DNA of 64,000 nucleotides from a virus (taxonomy: Duplodnaviria > Caudoviricetes), in the IMG/VR virus record IMGVR_UViG_3300028833_000058; one strand, written 5' to 3'. Under the pieces are notes generated by a model. The model made no database searches and was not told the origin of the DNA. It saw only the letters and a list, made by a program, of their open reading frames with translations. Positions within the stretch are counted from its first letter, which is position 1, and each line of letters starts with the position of its first letter. Made by a program: the position numbers and the translations under genes. Shown piece after piece: positions 57,788-64,000 of this stretch.

Positions 57788-58462
57788 TTACAATGCCATA
57801 GAACTACCAGAATTTATTTGATGCAGTTGCGCTTCTATATCTGCAGCAACAACAGCTCCAGCAGTAACAACAACTGTTCCTAAACCAGTATAGCCACTAT
57901 CAAATGTATAAGTTCCATCTACGGTAGCATTTTTATCCTGATTGTTGATAGTTACTCCTTCATAACTACCAGTTACTCCCAAAATAGTTACATCTTTTAC
58001 AATGTTTTCTGCAGTAATATTAGAATCGATACTAGAAGTAACTGCTGAAACTCTAACTTCTGTAATACCGTTGTGTTGACCACTTGGCGATATAGTTTGA
58101 GATGATGTACTAGGTATTACATCTATTGTTTCACTATTTAATTCGACTACGTTACCTGCTACACCAAGAATTGTTACACCAGATTTAATATTTTCTGGTA
58201 ATACATTATCAACAGCGTTTATTGTGACTGTACCAAGTCCTGTATACCCTTGGTCAGCTGTAATCTGTTGCTGAGACGTTGAAGCATCAACAGTTTTATC
58301 TTGGTTGTTTATTTGACTACCGCCAGAGACATTTACTGTAACAGTTCCTAAACCTGTGTACCCCTCACTTGCTTCATATATACCATTTTCTGTAACTGTA
58401 ATGTCTTCGTTTTCAATTTTGATATAAGAAGACACTGTACTACTATTTGATTGACCAAGCAT
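57788..58462 (-). CDS. short fibre/decoration protein built from the same repeats as 38166..42668
   Basis: GYTGLGTVT, NIKSGVTILGVAGNVVEL, SSIDSNITAENI; AGTTCTA at 58495. Confidence 0.75.
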   Translation of the reverse strand: MLGQSNSSTVSSYIKIENEDITVTENGIYEASEGYTGLGTVTVNVSGGSQINNQDKTVDASTSQQQITADQGYTGLGTVTINAVDNVLPENIKSGVTILGVAGNVVELNSETIDVIPSTSSQTISPSGQHNGITEVRVSAVTSSIDSNITAENIVKDVTILGVTGSYEGVTINNQDKNATVDGTYTFDSGYTGLGTVVVTAGAVVAADIEAQLHQINSGSSMAL

Positions 58463-58504
58463 TGTTTATTATTCCTAAAACTCTATATATACTTTAGAAC
58501 TTGA

Positions 58505-59065
58505 TTATTGTAGGGTTATAACTGGTATTACAATTTCGTTTTCTGGTATTTGACTGGCATATATACACACGTATCCATCAAAACTTTCACAAACAGGAGA
58601 GAAAATAGCACTTAAAGAATCTTCTTCGTTAAATACCACCTCTGGTACCATTGTGTTTTCTATTCTTTCATCGTAAATATGACATTCATACGGATAATCT
58701 TCAGAAGCTGTGCCTAAAATCCAATCTGTAGTATTCACAGGTATATCGAATAATCTAACTTTGTATAGCTCAACTTCTTCCCATTTCTTATTTTCACGTG
58801 CATATTGTTTGTTATCAGCAGGAGCATCTCTAGCGTCTAAGATTTGTATAACCTTATCTTCTATGTTTATAACTTGATTGATATCTACCATTATCTGGTG
58901 ACCATTTTCATCTACTGCATAAAAAGTATTTGGTGTACTTTTTTTATCAAGTTTTTTATCATATAAAGCTTTTAAGTATTCACTTGTTTTTAACCCAGGT
59001 TTCTTTTGCATCATGTTATCACCAGCTGGGTATATTCCTGGAAAACTATAGTCTTTTGTTGCCAT
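58505..59065 (-). CDS. virion protein with sheath-like N-terminal arm and foldon-like motif
   Basis: MATKDYSFPGIY; DAPADNKQYARENKKW; C-terminal domain shared with next gene. Confidence 0.7.
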   Translation of the reverse strand: MATKDYSFPGIYPAGDNMMQKKPGLKTSEYLKALYDKKLDKKSTPNTFYAVDENGHQIMVDINQVINIEDKVIQILDARDAPADNKQYARENKKWEEVELYKVRLFDIPVNTTDWILGTASEDYPYECHIYDERIENTMVPEVVFNEEDSLSAIFSPVCESFDGYVCIYASQIPENEIVIPVITLQ

Positions 59066-59076
59066 TTGTAATCCCT

Positions 59077-59961
59077 CTATTCATAAGTTATAACAGGAAT
59101 TGTTATCGCAGATTCTGGTAATGCTTTTGACCACATTGAAACGTATCCATCTCCAGATTCTACAAAAGTTGAATAATTTGCTGAAATAGAATCTGTTATA
59201 CTAAGCATAACATAAGGGACATGGTTTGCGGTTATACCAGCAACAGGGATATCAACACGATATAAATATCCCTCATAAGTGTCGTCTGAAACGAAACTAG
59301 ATACTTGAACTACTGTATTTAAAACTTTATGTAGCATAGTAGAAGTAGTTGAGATAACATTGTTTGTTATCTCAATATTTGTTCCAGCAGTAAGAACATC
59401 TTGTTTTGTACTTTGTAAAACAGTTTCAGCTTCTAATGCTCTTGCTTCTTCGTCTGAGATACGTCCTTGTAAAACTTCATCACCAGCTTCACGAGCTGCT
59501 GTTTCGTTCGATATGTTTTGACTAAGTGTTTCGTCTGCAGAAGTTCTTATTAAAATTTCTTCACATAAAGTTTCATCTAATAAGTTATCAAATCTTTCTC
59601 TTTCACTAGCTTCTTGGTCGATGTTAGATTGTAAAACTTTATCAGCTTGTCTTCTAGCTTCAGCTTCTTCCTCTATACCATTTTTTATATCATGTAAATT
59701 TGATTCTGTGAATACTGGATATTCTTTATGTGATTCACCATTTCCTAAACCATCACGTATTTCTGTATAGGTATGTTCTCCATCACCTATGACATAAAAC
59801 AATTTATTTCCATCTTTATTAGGATAGATTGCGTAAGCTTGTGTATCTAAAGGAATAATTTGGGCATAAAATTCGCCACCTGATTCATAGTCAGATATGT
59901 TTCTTATAAATCTATGAATTACTCTGTTATCTTGGTTTATTGCCATTGGTTTCTTATCCAT
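59077..59961 (-). CDS. coiled-coil fibre/whisker-like protein
   Basis: 18-aa E..R..D..L...I..E repeats, KQDVLTAGTNIEI; AGTTCTA at 59990. Confidence 0.7.
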   Translation of the reverse strand: MDKKPMAINQDNRVIHRFIRNISDYESGGEFYAQIIPLDTQAYAIYPNKDGNKLFYVIGDGEHTYTEIRDGLGNGESHKEYPVFTESNLHDIKNGIEEEAEARRQADKVLQSNIDQEASERERFDNLLDETLCEEILIRTSADETLSQNISNETAAREAGDEVLQGRISDEEARALEAETVLQSTKQDVLTAGTNIEITNNVISTTSTMLHKVLNTVVQVSSFVSDDTYEGYLYRVDIPVAGITANHVPYVMLSITDSISANYSTFVESGDGYVSMWSKALPESAITIPVITYE

Positions 59962-60037
59962 AAAACTTTAAAGTTTACTATTATGATAATAGAACTAATG
60001 AAACCATTTGTGATAAAATAATAAAGAATTAAACCCA

Positions 60038-60108
60038 TGAAAAGAACGGAGCAACTAAGTGAAGGAGGGAAAACTCAATTGCTCCGTGTCGAAACGAAAT
60101 TATCGACA
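60038..60108 (-). ncRNA. two-hairpin element (terminator or small RNA) with anti-SD loop
   Basis: 15-bp stem 60046-60087, minus-strand loop UUUCCCUCCUUC; second stem GTCGA/TCGAC. Confidence 0.5.
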
Positions 60109-60112
60109 AATT

Positions 60113-60679
60113 TTAGAACTTGTCAAAATTGTTTTTTTCATACACCTCAAACTTTATAGATAGCGTATCACCAGAATCGGTCTGTTCTTCAATTCTTTTT
60201 AAGAAATATCTATTCCAATCTTCTACATATTGAGAAATGCTTAAATATACTAATTGTTTCTTTTTGTCTTTTTCTACTGTTTGTTCTAATTGTGGAGACG
60301 AAACAGTTGTTAAATAGATTCTATTAACAAAATTATACTTCAGCGCATATTCGTATATAGATTTACCACCACAAATGAAAATTTCATCATAATTCTCACT
60401 AAATAACAAAGCAGATTCAAAACTATTACAGGTAATCCAACCACGATTGTCTGCAATAATTTCTTCTTTTTGAGTATTATCAAGAACAATGTTTAATCTA
60501 TTCTTTAACGGATATTTTGGAAGTCCATAAAATGTTGTTGAACCAAAAACACAAGGATGATTATCAGTTTTAATTCTAAAGTAATTCAAGTCTTCCTTTG
60601 ATTTCCACAAAAGTTTGTCTTTATACCCAATAACTCCTTTAGGGCCAACAGCCACAATTAGTGAAACAGTTTTACTCAT
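60113..60679 (-). CDS. folA: dihydrofolate reductase
   Basis: LIVAV..GVIG, W..EDL..F, GSTTF, PLKNRLNIV, ICGG..IY. Confidence 0.92.
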   Translation of the reverse strand: MSKTVSLIVAVGPKGVIGYKDKLLWKSKEDLNYFRIKTDNHPCVFGSTTFYGLPKYPLKNRLNIVLDNTQKEEIIADNRGWITCNSFESALLFSENYDEIFICGGKSIYEYALKYNFVNRIYLTTVSSPQLEQTVEKDKKKQLVYLSISQYVEDWNRYFLKRIEEQTDSGDTLSIKFEVYEKNNFDKF

Positions 60680-61738
60680 CTACAATTCTCCTTCTTGTCT
60701 TCCGTCTTTCAATGTACCTCTTTTGTGTATAATGTAATCTATATAAGTCTTTTTCTTTTCTGGTTTTTTAGGTTTACTGACTTCTTTTTGTACTTTAAGT
60801 TTTTTCAACTGTGTATTTAATTTAGATACACTTATGTTATATTTAATTTTATTTGTATTTGATAAAGATTTAATAAACGATACAGTTTTTGGGCTTACTA
60901 ATCCAGCTTTATACAAGAAGATTTTACCAAGCATGACAACTTTTGATTTAAAATTAGATGGGTCTTGTTTTCTATAAAAATCTTCAATCTCATCATAATG
61001 TTCTAAACCGTCTACATAATGTGTACACAACTCTAAAGCTCTTTTGAAAATAGTTTGTATATTAGATAAATTAAGAATGTAATTCTCATCTTTTTCATCT
61101 GGAACTACATCTGCCAATGTTTTATCACCATCAGAGTTTGGGTCCACCTTATTGTCCAATGAAATTTTGAATATAGAAGCGTTTACATCTTGCGTAGCTA
61201 AAAATGCTTTATGTTTTCTGTCACCAGAAACAGACCTACGTGTGATATATAAAAATTCTTTAAACAAAATCTTGTTGTAGACAACACTAGATTTTTTCTT
61301 CAATTGTTCTGGATAAAACCAACGAGTACGATAAAAATTACAAATTTTACAATACTTTAACCAAAATTCTGAACTCCAGTCTTTGTTATCACCATCACCG
61401 TTAGACATTAAAAATCCATTGTAAGTAATGTAACCTTTTATGTAACTAGCTAAACATTTAACACATTTTTCAAAACGTTTTACATTTTCATTCATAAACG
61501 GTTGATTTTCAATTAAATATTGTATCTGTTCTTGTATTGTCGGTAAAGTTTTTATTTTTTCAATATACTCATTTAACTCATTTGGCTCTAAACAAGTGTA
61601 AATTAATAAGTCTTCATCGTTTTTACAACCAGCTAAAAACAAATCTATGTTCTCATAACCAGAATCTATGAATTTCTTTAGATTTTGTTTACGATTCGTC
61701 TTTTTCATAATTCTTTTCTTTTCTATCTTTGCGACCAT
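60680..61738 (-). CDS. putative divergent RNA polymerase sigma factor
   Basis: SLDNKVDPNSDGDKTLADVVPD resembles sigma70 region 3.2; plausible region-2 helices (DWSSEFW, FKEFLY). Confidence 0.55.
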   Translation of the reverse strand: MVAKIEKKRIMKKTNRKQNLKKFIDSGYENIDLFLAGCKNDEDLLIYTCLEPNELNEYIEKIKTLPTIQEQIQYLIENQPFMNENVKRFEKCVKCLASYIKGYITYNGFLMSNGDGDNKDWSSEFWLKYCKICNFYRTRWFYPEQLKKKSSVVYNKILFKEFLYITRRSVSGDRKHKAFLATQDVNASIFKISLDNKVDPNSDGDKTLADVVPDEKDENYILNLSNIQTIFKRALELCTHYVDGLEHYDEIEDFYRKQDPSNFKSKVVMLGKIFLYKAGLVSPKTVSFIKSLSNTNKIKYNISVSKLNTQLKKLKVQKEVSKPKKPEKKKTYIDYIIHKRGTLKDGRQEGEL

Positions 61739-61757
61739 ATATAACTCTCCCCCAATG

Positions 61758-62219
61758 TTAAAATGACCCTAAATTTTTACTTGTCTGGCCACATATGAAA
61801 TACAAGTCATTCATAAAAGTAGACCAAGATGAAACAAGATTATAAAGTTTTTCTAATCCAACTACTGCACTGTCCTCTTCCATGTAGCATGAAACCATAT
61901 TTTCTGTTACTTTTTCACCGATTAGCTTTATCTTTTTAATAGAAGCTTTAACTTGGTCATTCTTTCTTTTATCTAAAACACTCTTAATTTTCTTTTCGTA
62001 CAGCTGTATTTGTGACCTAAAATAAGCTAAATCAACCTGCACACTGTGTCTTTTGTCATTAGATAAATTAACAAACTTTTGAATGTTTTTGATGAAATTG
62101 ATAAAAGCCGTGATATCCTGCTCACTTTTGAATATTTGAACAAGTTGAACAGAAAGTTTATCAAAATCTAGACTTTCTACCTTATCAATGGCTATTTGTT
62201 CTTCAATTGTTTGTTCCAT
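61758..62219 (-). CDS. UvsY-like recombination mediator (putative)
   Basis: Helical 153 aa, KVTEN.V motif, near SSB gene. Confidence 0.5.
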   Translation of the reverse strand: MEQTIEEQIAIDKVESLDFDKLSVQLVQIFKSEQDITAFINFIKNIQKFVNLSNDKRHSVQVDLAYFRSQIQLYEKKIKSVLDKRKNDQVKASIKKIKLIGEKVTENMVSCYMEEDSAVVGLEKLYNLVSSWSTFMNDLYFICGQTSKNLGSF

Positions 62220-62712
62220 TCGTCTCTCCTTCTTCAGAATCTTTTAGGCAATTTAAATTTTGAATATATTCACGTGCATTATCAATGGCTATTTTTAAAT
62301 TTTTATATTCTTCATCTTTCTTTTCAGCAATTTTTAATAATGACTCTAAACAAATTCCTCTCTTCTCTGCAATACGTCTATTCACTCTTTCTAAACCATC
62401 TTCACTACTATGGTCATGATGTTTATCACATAGGGATACAAGATTGTTCATTTCATATAACAAATCTTTTCTTTTACTTCTCAAATGTATATGATGAACT
62501 TGTGTTGCAGGTTTTCCACATACAACACATTTGTAATTATCACGCTTTAACACTTGAGCACGAATTTCTTCCCACTTTGCTTTAGCTTTTTCGTTTTGCT
62601 TTTTTAACTCAGTTTTCATCAAAGAAGAAGACGTTTTCAAACCCTTAGAAAAAGCTTTCAAAGGAATCTTTTTTAGCTTAGAGCTACCTTTTTTTAATGG
62701 TGTCTTCTTCAT
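62203..62712 (-). CDS. HNH endonuclease
   Basis: VLKRDNYKCVVCG, VHHI, NNLVSLCDKHH. Confidence 0.88.
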   Translation of the reverse strand: MKKTPLKKGSSKLKKIPLKAFSKGLKTSSSLMKTELKKQNEKAKAKWEEIRAQVLKRDNYKCVVCGKPATQVHHIHLRSKRKDLLYEMNNLVSLCDKHHDHSSEDGLERVNRRIAEKRGICLESLLKIAEKKDEEYKNLKIAIDNAREYIQNLNCLKDSEEGETNGTNN

Positions 62713-62778
62713 AACTCTCCCTCTTGGTTTACAATAACAAATGTAATGTTGTCACATAAAATTGTAAAGTTAAAATTA

Positions 62779-62811
62779 AAAAAACCCTCAACTTTTACAT
62801 CAAGGGTTTTT
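62779..62811 (-). terminator. intrinsic terminator
   Basis: AAAAACCCT/AGGGTTTTT stem. Confidence 0.7.
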
Positions 62812-62830
62812 GTTCAACAACTAGTTATGC

Positions 62831-63652
62831 TTAAAATGGCACATCATCAGCTATAACTTCATTAACTGTGCTTACACCTGTTATGATGGAACCTCTTGCA
62901 TCTCTGTATTCATCACAAATTTTATTTACCACTTCAGATATCTTTAAGAAATCTTCATCAGATGGCATTTTCCATAAATCAAACATCGTTAAGTCTTCGT
63001 TTTCTTTTCTCAAAGAACTTAAAACATCTGGTGATGGTTCAAAAACTTTAAAGCCTAAACTACGTTCCCATTTACCATTGTCAGATTGGCGAGTAAATGA
63101 AAAAAGATTACTTCTATCCCAAGCTAAAAAGTTTGGATTATCTTCATTTTTATACTGACGTATCATCCACTTAGTCAAAAAGTCATTATTTTGTTGCAAG
63201 ATAGAAATATGAGCTTTATCCCATTCATTTGTATCTGAGCTAATTACAACAACTTTCAAATTTGAAGTAATTTTAGGGTCAAATACAGGGATAGGACCAT
63301 ATTTACCTTGTGTACACAAATCTTCTTCCTTAAAGCCCTCTGCTAACAATTTTCTTTTTGCTTCACAAATTGGACAAGTGATACCTTCACTCTTCAGATG
63401 CTGCGTTTCTTCTGGACATACAAAACGAATGGAGTTACCATTAGAATCTGTTAACCAGTGTGTACCAACAATATGACAGAAAATCTTATTTTCTTTACTA
63501 TTAGCTCCAACAGCTTTAAATGTCAACTCTCTTTTGAATCCGTTATTATTTCTAACAAATTCAACAGATTTAGTCGATTCGTTACTTGTTTGCATTTCAT
63601 TGTTACCTTTTAAAATTTCATTTACCCAATCTTCATTAATTTCTTTTGCCAT
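62831..63652 (-). CDS. T4 gp32-like single-stranded DNA-binding protein
   Basis: HW..FVCP..CPICE zinc site, acidic tail ending DDVPF. Confidence 0.8.
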   Translation of the reverse strand: MAKEINEDWVNEILKGNNEMQTSNESTKSVEFVRNNNGFKRELTFKAVGANSKENKIFCHIVGTHWLTDSNGNSIRFVCPEETQHLKSEGITCPICEAKRKLLAEGFKEEDLCTQGKYGPIPVFDPKITSNLKVVVISSDTNEWDKAHISILQQNNDFLTKWMIRQYKNEDNPNFLAWDRSNLFSFTRQSDNGKWERSLGFKVFEPSPDVLSSLRKENEDLTMFDLWKMPSDEDFLKISEVVNKICDEYRDARGSIITGVSTVNEVIADDVPF

Positions 63653-63774
63653 ATCAGTCTTCCTTTATAAAATATATTAAGTTTATACAGTTTTTATCCT
63701 GTCGTAAAAATTAGTGAATATCTCTTTCACTATGTTGAACATAATAATTTTAAACCAAACATTAAAGTAAAATT

Positions 63775-64000
63775 TTAATGTTTTGCACGGTTAATTAAAT
63801 TTATACCTTTTTCAATCAACCTTTGTTTTCTTTCACTGTCATTGTCAGACTTATTCACAAATTGTTGAATTATATCGATTTCGTCTTCACTTGTGACTTC
63901 ACTGTCATTATTGTCTTTATGGTTCGCTGTTATTCTTGAAACATCAATGTGTAAATCACTGTCTTTCATCTGTTCAACCTTTTCTTTTATTTCGTCTGTG
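63775..64000 (-). CDS. C-terminal part of a gene running off the right edge
   Basis: Frame stays open upstream of 63969 (TDEIKEKVEQM...). Confidence 0.65.
   Translation of the reverse strand, partial: TDEIKEKVEQMKDSDLHIDVSRITANHKDNNDSEVTSEDEIDIIQQFVNKSDNDSERKQRLIEKGINLINRAKH

Noticed and set aside
57799-57805. Extra TAGAACT motif
   Set aside because: Lies inside coding sequence (GSSM codons); the intergenic copy at 57761 is the better candidate
1662-63158. Short antisense or nested ORFs in the track (e.g. 2168, 10161, 16914, 23864, 35805, 51589, 62196, 62868)
   Set aside because: Shadows of longer well-supported genes, with no RBS or recognisable motifs
1-64000. Alternative genetic code
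   Set aside because: Long intact ORFs and dense packing under the standard code; TAA, TAG and TGA all end genes

Overview
AT-rich (roughly 30% GC by eye) fragment of a large contractile-tailed (myovirus-type) dsDNA phage, standard genetic code. The host is Gram-negative (holin plus two-component spanin) and possibly an alphaproteobacterium (inference). Layout: (i) 1-11.4 kb, minus-strand early block with ArdC, a MoxR-like AAA ATPase/vWA-metallopeptidase pair and a five-member paralog family; (ii) 11.1-12.65 kb, mostly non-coding divergence region with G/C-run hairpins, four promoter-proximal RNA hairpins, a GANTC/TTCGG cluster and a pyrimidine-skewed tract (probable genome terminus or origin); (iii) 12.7-26.7 kb, accessory genes with three more paralog arrays, a WYL-less DriD-like HTH, three DNA methyltransferases, a kinase-like protein, a Pif1/RecD-like helicase and a J-domain protein; (iv) 26.7-32.2 kb, RNase H, DnaB-like and UvsW-like helicases, VRR-NUC; (v) 32.2-60 kb, late block with glycosyltransferases, five large fibre/adhesin genes, lysis genes, tail sheath and acidic head-type proteins, almost all preceded by an AGTTCTA motif; (vi) 60-64 kb, DHFR, a probable divergent sigma factor, UvsY-like, HNH and gp32-like SSB. 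Best leads: an Ig-like domain apparently split across consecutive fibre genes, a foldon protein carrying a copy of the sheath N-terminal arm, the DriD-like decoy, minus-strand RNA hairpins (one with an anti-Shine-Dalgarno loop), and possible virion glycosylation. All calls come from motif recognition by eye; no searches were run.
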